This document shows, in pieces, positions 9,022-17,585 of a stretch of DNA of 64,000 nt; position 1 is the stretch's first letter, and each line of letters starts with the position of its first letter. Position numbers and translations under genes: made by a program. This DNA comes from Patescibacteria group bacterium. GTDB lineage: Bacteria > Patescibacteriota > WWE3 > UBA101185 > UBA10185. The stretch lies in contig JAHJEV010000003.1 in assembly GCA_018825365.1 (NCBI GenBank), positions 174,619 to 238,618 of the forward strand, written 5' to 3'. The notes under the pieces were generated by a model. The model saw only the letters and a program-made list of their open reading frames with translations, searched no databases and was not told the origin of the DNA.

Positions 9022-9054
9022 AAAAGTTCCAAGTACGTCCCACACGCCCCGCCA
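9022..9054 (+). repeat. 33-bp direct repeat, copy 3
   Basis: AAAAGTTCCAAGTACGTCCCACACGCCCCGCCA, exactly 622 bp after copy 2. Confidence 0.9.
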
Positions 9055-9100
9055 GGAATCAATAACTCTATAAACGTAAAAAGTCATGTAAAATAATCGT

Positions 9101-9580
9101 ATGAGCAGTAACAATGACTCAGTATTCAAAAAATTATTTCCTAGAGTTCTTGTATTTATACTTGATTATTTAAGTTACATATCTCTTACCTATATAGTTA
9201 TTTTCTGTTTTGTAACTCTACTTGTTTTAGTTGCAGGTTCGCCTTTCGAAGCCTTCTTCATAAAAGTGTTACTTGTAACTCTACAAAGTAAAGAAACAAG
9301 TGTAACTCTCAATACCGGAGATATTATGAATGCATTTTTTATCTGGTGGTTAATATTAGGTACTTTCTTCAAAATCGTTAAAGAACTACTTGGCGTAAAT
9401 TTTAATAAAATAGTATTACCTCTTGTACTATTTATAACATTGGTAAGCACATTACTTCTGACCACTAATATTGGATCGTCTTTTGTACCAATTTTCTTGT
9501 TTGGTTTGTTTATAGTTAACTTTATTATTTACTATTCGTTATCAAGAATATCTGAGATAACTCGAAATTTTATAAGATAG
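9101..9580 (+). CDS. hypothetical polytopic membrane protein
   Basis: 159 aa and very hydrophobic (4-5 predicted TM helices). No SD sequence. Confidence 0.5.
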   Translation: MSSNNDSVFKKLFPRVLVFILDYLSYISLTYIVIFCFVTLLVLVAGSPFEAFFIKVLLVTLQSKETSVTLNTGDIMNAFFIWWLILGTFFKIVKELLGVNFNKIVLPLVLFITLVSTLLLTTNIGSSFVPIFLFGLFIVNFIIYYSLSRISEITRNFIR

Positions 9581-9698
9581 CATTTCTTAATAAATTTGAT
9601 GTAGGGTAGATTTTAATAATTAGAGTAGAACTCTATGAATTGTAAACTAACCAAATTTTAATTTCCTACGTACACTTTCTATTTGCTATCATTTACCA

Positions 9699-11207
9699 AT
9701 GAGAAAATTTCTCAGCAAACTTCTCCTTTTTCTATTGCTACTTTCCTGCTTTTCAATACTTTTTGTTCGAAAAATAAACTTAGCTACAGCTGACATTGGT
9801 AGACATATAAAAAACGGCGAAGTACTTCTAACTACAGGGAAAATTGTTTCTACAAACTTTTACTCATACACACAACCGGATTTAAAAGTGGTTAACCATC
9901 ACTGGTTAAGTGGTGTAATATTTTTTCTTGTCTATAAAGCATTCGGATTTTCAGGATTATCGTTTTTCTATGCAATCCTATCTGGTCTTGCGGTTTATCT
10001 TCTTTACTTAATTTCTAAAAAACAAGTTGGGGGCGACATTGCTTTTTTTGTCGTGATGCTTCTTCTTCCACTAATGTCGTATCGGGTTGAGGTTCGCCCC
10101 GAAGTCTTTAGTGTTCTTTTTATCTGTATTTACCTTTATCTACTGTTTGGCTACATTCGAAATGAAATTAATTTTAAATATTTGTTACTGTTTATTGCTT
10201 CAACCCAACTTTTTTGGGTTAATCTTCACATATTTTTCATAGTCGGCCCCTTTTTAATAGCTCTTTTCATTTTTGCTTTGTTTATTACCCACAATGTCAA
10301 ACGTGCAAAAAAACTTTTACCTGTGTTATTTCTATCGATTGCAGTTTGTTTTATTAACCCTTTTGGAATAAACGGGGTTTTAGAACCGCTGACAATACTT
10401 AGGACATACGGTTATAGAATCTACGAGAATCAACCACTTTTATTTGTACAGGGCTATAACCCTTCAATGATTTATTACTACGCTGATATCATATTTACTC
10501 TTGGGGTCGTGTATCTGGGGTTATTTATAGGATCTGCAAGAAAAAAACTTTGTACTGAGGATGTTATTGTTTTGACGCTTTTTGTCATTTTTGGTCTTGC
10601 CGCATTTGGGATGGTTCGTATGCTTTCTTTGTTCGGTTTTATTGCCTGTTTATTTTTTGCCTCTGTTTTGGAAAAAATTCCTAACACACTTATGAATGTA
10701 AGTTCTGCGATAAACTACTTATTGCTAGCCTCACTAGTCTCTATAGCTATTATTACCAGAAGTTTGGGATGGGGTCTTTACCCCGGGGTGCAAAATGGTG
10801 CCAGATTTTTTGTTGAGAACAACTTGAAAGGTCCAATTTTTAATAATTACGATATTGGAGGATATTTGATATTTAATTTGTTTCCAAAAGAAAAAGTATT
10901 TGTTGATAACAGGCCCGAGGCTTACTCTGTTTCGTTTCTTAAGGATACTTTAATAAAAATGCAGCAAGATGAAGAGGCCTGGAAGGAACTCTCGCCGAAG
11001 TTTAATTTTAACGTGATTTTTTTCTATCTTAATGACATGACTGATTGGGCGCAGCCCTTTTTACTAAGGCGGCTAGACGATCCGCAGTGGGTCCCGGTAT
11101 ATGGTGACAGTTTTACTCTGGTTTTTGTTAAAAATACACCAGAGAACCAAAGCATTATTCAAAGTTATAAAATTCCAAGAGAATCTTTCCGCCTAACAAA
11201 GCGTTAA
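9699..11207 (+). CDS. large polytopic membrane protein, possibly a GT-C-fold glycosyltransferase (PMT/ArnT-like)
   Basis: 502 aa with ~10 TM helices in the N-terminal two thirds and a soluble C-terminal domain. There is an acidic/His loop after TM1 (ADIGRHIKNGE). The family assignment is inference only. Confidence 0.5.
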   Translation: MRKFLSKLLLFLLLLSCFSILFVRKINLATADIGRHIKNGEVLLTTGKIVSTNFYSYTQPDLKVVNHHWLSGVIFFLVYKAFGFSGLSFFYAILSGLAVYLLYLISKKQVGGDIAFFVVMLLLPLMSYRVEVRPEVFSVLFICIYLYLLFGYIRNEINFKYLLLFIASTQLFWVNLHIFFIVGPFLIALFIFALFITHNVKRAKKLLPVLFLSIAVCFINPFGINGVLEPLTILRTYGYRIYENQPLLFVQGYNPSMIYYYADIIFTLGVVYLGLFIGSARKKLCTEDVIVLTLFVIFGLAAFGMVRMLSLFGFIACLFFASVLEKIPNTLMNVSSAINYLLLASLVSIAIITRSLGWGLYPGVQNGARFFVENNLKGPIFNNYDIGGYLIFNLFPKEKVFVDNRPEAYSVSFLKDTLIKMQQDEEAWKELSPKFNFNVIFFYLNDMTDWAQPFLLRRLDDPQWVPVYGDSFTLVFVKNTPENQSIIQSYKIPRESFRLTKR

Positions 11208-11260
11208 ATGGTAAAACCTGGCGTCAGCAATCTAATGATGGCCTCAAAAATAATACTCTT

Positions 11261-12697
11261 ATGTATAATGCATTTGTTATGAAACTTTTTTTAAAAAGAA
11301 AAAAAGATACAATCTCGTCTCTTACAAAAACAAGGCCACGTAAATTATCAAAACCTTTAAAACTAGCCGGAAAAATTCTAATTCTCGTTTTTATAGCACT
11401 TTCTATTTTGGCAGCGGGCATATACATTGGGCAAAAGAATCAAAAATATTCTTTGCATGCTCTTCTTCCAAAAATCAGTTTTAAAGCCACACCGCAAAAA
11501 GATACGGATGCGCAGTTTTTCTCCGAAATTTACAATTTAATAAAAAATGACTACTGGGACAAGGACATGGACGACACGGCTCTCTCAAACCTTTACCTGC
11601 TTGCTATACAAAAACTCACATCCAAAGCCCAGGTTATTACATCTCAAGACGAACAAGGTATAGAAAAACTCATTAAAGAAGCAACAAAAACTATGGATCC
11701 GAAGCACAAAATCGCTTTTATAGCACAAGTATCTGACGTGGTTTTGCAAAATCTTCAGCCGTTTGGAAGAAGCAGATTGTATGGAGAAAAAATGATTACA
11801 GATATACAAAATGAGGTTAAAAATGCCAACCCGGGAAAAAATTTATACGATAATCTGAAAGTAAGTAATTCATCTCCCCAACAAGAAATAGCTATAGCGT
11901 ATAAAAGTAGGATGAACGAGCTTCAATCTCAAAAGCAAACCCCCGAAGTTTCGCAGAAAATGCAAGAAGTTCAAAGAGCGTATGACACTATTGGTGACAT
12001 CGAAGCCAGAAAAACATATGATGTATCCGGAGTTGAAAGCACAATTAGTTATAAACTTATAAGCCCAAGAATTTTTTACATGCATTTTACAAGATTTTCA
12101 CCCACAAGCCTGGAGGATATTAACAGATCAGCTGAAAAGGTAAACCAAGGGGACGAGCTGGATACTTTAATATTTGACTTGCGGGATAATATTGGCGGAT
12201 TGGTAGACGGCCTACCATATTTTTTAGGACCTTTTATCGGGCCTGACCAATATGCATATCAACTGTTTTCCAGAGGAGAAACTACAGATTTTAAAACCAA
12301 ATTAGGATGGCTTCCCTCACTTGTTAGATACAAAAAAGTCATTGTCCTGATAAACGGAGGGGGTCAATCCTCTACAGAAGTATTTGCGGCAACTCTCAAA
12401 AAGTACAACGTGGGAATTTTGGTTGGAACAAAGACTAAAGGATGGGGAACAATTGAAAAAATTGAAACTTTAAAAACCCAGCCAAACCCACAAGAAAAAT
12501 ATTCGGTTTTACTTGTACAGCAGCTAACTCTAAGGGAAGACGGACAGCCAATAGAAGGGCTTGGGGTAGAACCTAATATCAATATTGCAAACGAGGGGTG
12601 GGAAAACGAACTTTTTAGGCGGTTTAATAGCCAGGAGATAGTAAACACTGTAAAAGAGCTCCTGAAACCAGATATAGCGGCTTTGCCGAAAAAGTAA
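11261..12697 (+). CDS. S41 family C-terminal processing peptidase-like protein with N-terminal TM anchor and an internal degenerate J-like segment
   Basis: Ser/Lys dyad region LINGGGQSSTEVFAATLKKYNVGILVGTKTKGWGT resembles the CtpA motif (SASASE...TFGKG). Residues ~200-250 align with J-domain helices II-IV but lack the HPD motif. Confidence 0.65.
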   Translation: MYNAFVMKLFLKRKKDTISSLTKTRPRKLSKPLKLAGKILILVFIALSILAAGIYIGQKNQKYSLHALLPKISFKATPQKDTDAQFFSEIYNLIKNDYWDKDMDDTALSNLYLLAIQKLTSKAQVITSQDEQGIEKLIKEATKTMDPKHKIAFIAQVSDVVLQNLQPFGRSRLYGEKMITDIQNEVKNANPGKNLYDNLKVSNSSPQQEIAIAYKSRMNELQSQKQTPEVSQKMQEVQRAYDTIGDIEARKTYDVSGVESTISYKLISPRIFYMHFTRFSPTSLEDINRSAEKVNQGDELDTLIFDLRDNIGGLVDGLPYFLGPFIGPDQYAYQLFSRGETTDFKTKLGWLPSLVRYKKVIVLINGGGQSSTEVFAATLKKYNVGILVGTKTKGWGTIEKIETLKTQPNPQEKYSVLLVQQLTLREDGQPIEGLGVEPNINIANEGWENELFRRFNSQEIVNTVKELLKPDIAALPKK

Positions 12698-12803
12698 GGG
12701 TAGTGTCGCGTAATTTATAAATCACCATACATAGCTACTTCGTTCTTCAAAATACTAATTTTGATAGAATATTCATATTGCCAATTTTAAACTTTGTTTT
12801 AAA

Positions 12804-13061
12804 ATGGTTCTGATGAGTAAAATTCTTCCTAATAGCTGGTATATTACAAAAAAAGAGTTCAACACTGAAATAAAAGATATAAAGGGTACCCTTAGCACTC
12901 TTAAGGTTTCAACAATGAATATAGAAGCGAAAATTAACATATATTCAGATATGTACGAAATGAACAAGTGGAATTTAAATAAGCTAGCAAACAGGGTTAA
13001 TAAACTGGAAAAACAAAGTGGGGTAATACCTCCTCAGGAGCTTCTTATATCAGGTCTTTAA
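12804..13061 (+). CDS. hypothetical small coiled-coil protein
   Basis: 85 aa, lysine/asparagine rich with a heptad-like pattern. No SD sequence. An overlapping minus-strand 64-aa ORF is considered less likely. Confidence 0.35.
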   Translation: MVLMSKILPNSWYITKKEFNTEIKDIKGTLSTLKVSTMNIEAKINIYSDMYEMNKWNLNKLANRVNKLEKQSGVIPPQELLISGL

Positions 13062-13189
13062 GCAAACTTTATATAAATCCCTAATCCAAATTGCTTTAAC
13101 CTAAATCTTTCTTGTGGTAACTTAAAAATATTCCTGCCCCACGAATTTATATTTATTAAATCAAAGGGGGTGTAACCAACTAACCAAAC

Positions 13190-13642
13190 ATGGTAGATAC
13201 TAAGAAAAATCCGAAAGATGGATTGGGACTGGTAGTGGGCGGACTTTTTATCCTTGCCTTGGTTTTTGCAACCTACAACTATTTCAATAAGAAACAACCC
13301 GGCACAGAAAATCAGAAGGGACAGGAGACGTTATTCCAGAAGCAAACAGGGAGTATTAATGGAGAGGGAGCTACAGATAAAAAGCAAGTACAAGCCTTGG
13401 GAACTGGCGGCCCAATAACAACCGGCCAGAAGTGGGTAGCAACCGACTATCAAAAAGGGGATATAAAAGGACCAACCCATACCGTAAAATCCGGAGACAC
13501 ACTTTGGGAAATAGCAGAAGCTGTATATGGAACCGGGACTATGTGGACAAAAATACTTGAGGCTAATAAATCCTCAATTGGATTTTTACCAAACGGATCA
13601 CAAGCTTTAATTGTCCCAGGACAAGTTCTAATACTGCCTTAG
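13190..13642 (+). CDS. LysM domain membrane-anchored protein
   Basis: N-terminal TM helix. C-terminal LysM (HTVKSGDTLWEIAEAVYGTGTMWTKILEANK...LIVPGQVLILP). Confidence 0.8.
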   Translation: MVDTKKNPKDGLGLVVGGLFILALVFATYNYFNKKQPGTENQKGQETLFQKQTGSINGEGATDKKQVQALGTGGPITTGQKWVATDYQKGDIKGPTHTVKSGDTLWEIAEAVYGTGTMWTKILEANKSSIGFLPNGSQALIVPGQVLILP

Positions 13643-13694
13643 AAGGTTTTTTACATTTTAGATGAGTTGAAGCTGTTTTGAATAACAGTATGTT

Positions 13695-13724
13695 TTGGGT
13701 GTGCTTTTTCTTTTAAGGTATAAT
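13695..13724 (+). promoter_or_regulatory. sigma70-like promoter for tRNA-Gly (TTGGGT-N18-TATAAT)
   Basis: The -10 TATAAT at 13719-13724 lies 10 nt upstream of the tRNA 5' end. Confidence 0.5.
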
Positions 13725-13734
13725 TTACTAAATT

Positions 13735-13809
13735 GCGGGCGTGGCTTAGTGGTAAAGCGTCTCCTTCCCAAGGAGAAGATCGCGGGTTCAAATCCCGTCG
13801 CCCGCTCCA
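13735..13809 (+). tRNA. tRNA-Gly (anticodon CCC)
   Basis: Acceptor GCGGGCG/CGCCCGC, anticodon stem-loop TCTCC-TTCCCAA-GGAGA, T-loop TTCAAAT, encoded CCA. Confidence 0.85.
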
Positions 13810-13859
13810 GAAGTTCAAAGTTCCGATAGACCCGAGTGCCCTTTCCTTAAATATCATAA
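13804..13859 (+). repeat. att-like direct repeat R1 (overlaps tRNA-Gly 3' end): GCTCCAGAAGTTCAAAGTTCCGATAGACCCGAGTGCCCTTTCCTTAAATATCATAA
   Basis: Shares GCTCCA-GAAGTTCAAAGTTCCGA...CCCTTTCCTT.AATA..ATAA with R4 at 17608-17658. Confidence 0.85.
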
Positions 13860-13893
13860 TAATTTCGTTCTTATTTCGTATCCTAGATAATTG

Positions 13894-13938
13894 TTTCCAG
13901 ACCCGTCGGACCCTAGGTGAAGTTCAAAGTTCCGACCA
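13894..13938 (+). repeat. att-like direct repeat R2: TTTCCAGACCCGTCGGACCCTAGGTGAAGTTCAAAGTTCCGACCAC
   Basis: Shares TTTCCAGAC-N-GAAGTTCAAAGTTCCGAC with R3/R4. Lies immediately upstream of the P-type ATPase gene. Confidence 0.8.
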
Positions 13939-14010
13939 CTTCAAGAAATTGCCGATGCTTGATACAAATCAAATATATGTTTTACCAACAACAATGTTAA
14001 AATAATAGCA

Positions 14011-16659
14011 ATGCCCCAAGGACTTACATTTACCGAAGCCCGGCAGAGGCTAATTGAATACGGGTTTAATGAAATAGTAGAAGTATCAAAATCTACCCCA
14101 TTTAAAATCTTATTGCGACAAATAAAAAGCAATTTTGTTATTTATATGCTCTCAATAGCAGTAGTTATTTCTTTTTCTGTGGGAAAACCAATAACAGCTT
14201 ACACAATCCTCATTGTTATATTTATTGTCATTTTTGTAGGATTTTTTCAAGAATACAAAGCAGAAGAATCTATTAACAGTTTAAAGAAAATGCTGATGCC
14301 TATTTCTATAGCGTATAGAGATGGAAAGAAAAAGGAAATACCCTCCAGAGATATTGTGCCAGAAGATATTATTCTTTTGGGAAATGGAGAAAAAATTCCT
14401 GCTGATTGTGAGCTATTAGAGTCCTTTGACCTGAGAGTAAACGAGAGTGCTTTGACAGGTGAGTCTAAAGAAATTGCAAAAATAGCAAAGAGTAACAACG
14501 AACAACAAATTACGGATCAAAACAGAATCTTCATGGGTACATATATAGTTAATGGAAGATGCCTTGCAAAAGTAACTCATACAGGCATGAATACTAACTT
14601 TGGTAAGATCGCGCACTTAATATCTACTGCCGAAAAAGAATTACCATTACAAAACAAGGTTAACACTATCGCGAAGTATATGGTAACTATTGCCATAGTT
14701 GCATCAATATCTACTGGGGCTCTGCTTGCCTTTAGGGCCCCTGTCATTAATACCGCTGTTTTAGTAGACATTTTAATATTAATGATTGCACTATCTGTTT
14801 CTGCATTTCCCGAAGGATTTCCAATAGTTTTAGCAACCACCTTAGCTTTAGGTGCAAAACGTATGTCTGAAAAGAAAGCTATAGTCAATAGAATGTCCAT
14901 TATCGAAACGCTGGGTGAAGTAACAGCAATATGTTCAGATAAAACAGGCACAATAACCAGAGGGGAAATGACAGTAAAATTTATATTTACTGGTAATGAA
15001 CTTTACGAGGTACAGGGAAGCGGTTATGTAGCTCATGGAAAAATAACTAAAGAGGGTATCGAGGTTGATATAAACAAGCAACAGGATATAAAACAAATGC
15101 TATTAGCCTCTATATTATGTAATAACTCCGAAATAGAACGAACTGGAGAAAATAATGATTATAGAGCAATTGGCTCTCCGACAGAAACGGCACTATTAAT
15201 ACTAGGTGCCAAGGTCGGTATTTTTAAGGATAACTTTTTATATGACCGCGTAAATGAATACCCCTTTAATTCCGAGCGTAAAATGATGTCCGTTCTATTC
15301 GTGCAAGATGGGAGGTATTACGTTTATGCCAAAGGTGCTCCTGAGGTACTTCTTGAGAAATGTTCCAAAGCCTATAATAACGGCAATGAGAAAGTCCTTA
15401 CAAACAAAGAAAAGGAGCGTATATATTCTTTACAGCAAGAAATGTCCAGTACGGCTTACAGAACACTGGTAACATGCTATAAGGAAATTGATGCCGGGAA
15501 TAAGAGTTACGAAGAAGAAAACTTCACCTTTCTGGGTTTGATAGCTATGGAAGATCCCCCAAGAGAAGAAGTCGCAGAGGCAATAAAAACAGCAAAAAGT
15601 GCGGGTATAAAGGTTTACATGGTTACAGGAGACAGCAAAGAAACAGCACTTTCCATAGCTAAACAAATTGGTCTTAGTGTTGACACTAAAACGTTAGACG
15701 GTAATACAATGGATCAGCTTTCAGACGCAGAATTAGCAATAGAAGTTAAAGAAACCACAGTTTTTGCAAGAGTAAAACCAGAACATAAAATTCGTTTAGT
15801 GAAGATTTTCAAAGCTTTAGGGGAAATTGTTGCCATGACAGGGGATGGTGTTAATGATGCTCCCGCACTAAAAGAAGCCCATGTAGGCATTGCTATGGGC
15901 AAAAACGGAACTGATGTTTCCCGTTCTGTTGCGGACCTTATATTAAGGGACGATAATTTTGCAACTATTGTTTCTGCAATAGCAGAAGGCAGAACTGTTT
16001 ATAACAATATTAGGAAGTTTGTAACTTACCAACTTAGCTGTAACTTAGCAGAACTAATTACTTTATTTTTGGGGGTTTTGTTAGCACCCACGCTTGGATG
16101 GCAGACACCACTTCTTGTATCTATACAAATACTGTTTATGAATTTAGTAACCGATAACTTACCTGCTCTAACACTAGGGGTCAATCCAACTTCAAAAGAT
16201 ATTATGGAGGATAAGCCCAGAAATAATGGGGATATATTAAATAGCGAGTTATTAAAACTACTGTTGGGTACAGCATTTTTTATGGCTTTTACAACACTTC
16301 TTGCATATTTCATCTCCTTTAACGTTTTGGGATTAACTCTTGAAGTCAGTAGAACCGTGGCTTTACTAACATTAATATTAGTTGAAATAGCATCGGCCTT
16401 CAGCTTTAGATCTTTTAGGAAAATGACACTTACGCGATCACCCTTTGTTAATAAATATTTAGTAACTGCTTCTATTTTGTCGATTTGCTTTACTTTAGTA
16501 ATTATTTATACGCCGTTTAATAAAATCTTGGAAACAACTCCACTAAACATCACGGGCTGGATCATTGCATTAGTATGTAGCAGTTTAATTCTAATTCTTA
16601 ATGACGTAATAAAGACAATGAACTTGAGAAATCCTAACTATATATCCAGTACTAAATAA
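14011..16659 (+). CDS. P-type cation-transporting ATPase (P2-type, Ca2+/Mg2+-like)
   Basis: Phosphorylation motif CSDKTGTIT, TGDS and GDGVNDAPAL motifs, ~10 TM helices, 882 aa. Confidence 0.9.
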   Translation: MPQGLTFTEARQRLIEYGFNEIVEVSKSTPFKILLRQIKSNFVIYMLSIAVVISFSVGKPITAYTILIVIFIVIFVGFFQEYKAEESINSLKKMLMPISIAYRDGKKKEIPSRDIVPEDIILLGNGEKIPADCELLESFDLRVNESALTGESKEIAKIAKSNNEQQITDQNRIFMGTYIVNGRCLAKVTHTGMNTNFGKIAHLISTAEKELPLQNKVNTIAKYMVTIAIVASISTGALLAFRAPVINTAVLVDILILMIALSVSAFPEGFPIVLATTLALGAKRMSEKKAIVNRMSIIETLGEVTAICSDKTGTITRGEMTVKFIFTGNELYEVQGSGYVAHGKITKEGIEVDINKQQDIKQMLLASILCNNSEIERTGENNDYRAIGSPTETALLILGAKVGIFKDNFLYDRVNEYPFNSERKMMSVLFVQDGRYYVYAKGAPEVLLEKCSKAYNNGNEKVLTNKEKERIYSLQQEMSSTAYRTLVTCYKEIDAGNKSYEEENFTFLGLIAMEDPPREEVAEAIKTAKSAGIKVYMVTGDSKETALSIAKQIGLSVDTKTLDGNTMDQLSDAELAIEVKETTVFARVKPEHKIRLVKIFKALGEIVAMTGDGVNDAPALKEAHVGIAMGKNGTDVSRSVADLILRDDNFATIVSAIAEGRTVYNNIRKFVTYQLSCNLAELITLFLGVLLAPTLGWQTPLLVSIQILFMNLVTDNLPALTLGVNPTSKDIMEDKPRNNGDILNSELLKLLLGTAFFMAFTTLLAYFISFNVLGLTLEVSRTVALLTLILVEIASAFSFRSFRKMTLTRSPFVNKYLVTASILSICFTLVIIYTPFNKILETTPLNITGWIIALVCSSLILILNDVIKTMNLRNPNYISSTK

Positions 16660-16789
16660 AGTCTTTTAGGTCCATAAAGCAAACCAGGTTTCGCATTATA
16701 TACGTACATAAGATGCTACGAGACAACTACCCTTAGCACTGCCTCATTTGTCTCATTTCTAGCCTGGAGAGTATAACCTGCTTGTGGGG

Positions 16790-16834
16790 TTTCCAGACAC
16801 GGCCAGTGCTCCAGAAGTTCAAAGTCTCGGTTAC
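16790..16834 (+). repeat. att-like direct repeat R3: TTTCCAGACACGGCCAGTGCTCCAGAAGTTCAAAGTCTCGGTTAC
   Basis: Contains the tRNA-Gly 3' end GTGCTCCA plus the GAAGTTCAAAGT core. Lies between the ATPase and the GC-rich ORF. Confidence 0.85.
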
Positions 16835-16852
16835 TTACGCTATACTTATAGA

Positions 16853-17584
16853 ATGATAGGCGACGTTGCCAATAAACTAGATCTTCCAGATATATCAGAG
16901 ACGGATGAAAAATTAACTCCTCCGGAAGTTGTGGATGTTGCCAGGCAAACTGAAAATTTGTTCTTACAGTCTGGGTTACCAAATGAACCTCGCACACGTG
17001 GACAATGCTGTGGTGTCGGGGCTGAAATAGAAAACCATCTCTTTCATTTTCATAATAAAGACATCAGAAGAGACATCGGTGATGGCGGGGAATCATTTGT
17101 AGTGATGCTTTGGCAAATACATGCGGCCTCTAGAAACATAGATCAAGATGCACTACAACAGAACTTGCTAAATACAGGTATGAGACCCGAGACACAGCTA
17201 GGTGTTTTTCACCACACACTTTGTGTATACAAGAAAGATGGGCGGGCATACGTTTTAGATAGAGCTTTCTGTCAATTTGTTAATCCAAAAGATCTTTCAT
17301 TGGATGATGGTCTAGCGGAAGGGGGACCTAACGATTATGCATCTGGTTCTTCGGCCAACACAACTCCTATAAATCAGTTGCTGGAACTAGGTTATTTTGA
17401 ACTTACAGAAAAAACCGCTAGAGACTTTTTAGTTGCAACTTGTGATAAAAACCTCCAACACCAAATACCTGAGAAGATAGATGTAACCGACTTATTAGCA
17501 AGAGTGGTACCAGAGATGCCTGATCTCACTAAGGAAGAACTTGATGATATCTGCTTCTTAGGTAAAAGGTTAACGGGTCAGTAA
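16853..17584 (+). CDS. hypothetical protein with Cys...His...Asp spacing reminiscent of papain-fold/transglutaminase-like hydrolases; moderately GC-rich (~44%)
   Basis: The ORF-track start at 16784 translates repeat R3; the in-frame ATG at 16853 is the more plausible start, though it has no clear SD. Candidate triad: GQCCGVGA (Cys), FHHTLCVY (His) ~65 aa later, YVLDRAF (Asp) ~16 aa after His. This mirrors the spacing in the transglutaminase-like protein at 45429. Confidence 0.5.
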   Translation: MIGDVANKLDLPDISETDEKLTPPEVVDVARQTENLFLQSGLPNEPRTRGQCCGVGAEIENHLFHFHNKDIRRDIGDGGESFVVMLWQIHAASRNIDQDALQQNLLNTGMRPETQLGVFHHTLCVYKKDGRAYVLDRAFCQFVNPKDLSLDDGLAEGGPNDYASGSSANTTPINQLLELGYFELTEKTARDFLVATCDKNLQHQIPEKIDVTDLLARVVPEMPDLTKEELDDICFLGKRLTGQ

Positions 17585-17585
17585 A

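Noticed and set aside
7778-9054. CRISPR array (regularly spaced 33-bp repeats)
   Set aside because: The spacers are 589 bp and contain complete protein-coding genes. There are no cas genes, and the repeats are not palindromic. The repeats are interpreted as cassette boundaries (att-like).
7778-9054. Integron attC sites
   Set aside because: The repeats lack the R''-L''/L'-R' imperfect-palindrome structure and the GTTRRRY core. They are direct, non-palindromic and resemble the tRNA 3' end instead.
13058-13297. 79-aa minus-strand ORF
   Set aside because: It overlaps the start and RBS region of the LysM gene and has no support.
14247-14951. Several antisense ORFs inside the P-type ATPase gene. 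Similar ones occur inside nrdJ (32333-34227), eno (57631-58041), uvrA and ileS.
   Set aside because: They lie entirely within, and antisense to or out of frame with, strongly supported long genes. They are typical shadow ORFs.
16784-16852. Annotated N-terminus of the 266-aa ORF
   Set aside because: It translates repeat R3 (TTTCCAGAC…GAAGTTCAAAGT). A later in-frame ATG at 16853 is preferred.
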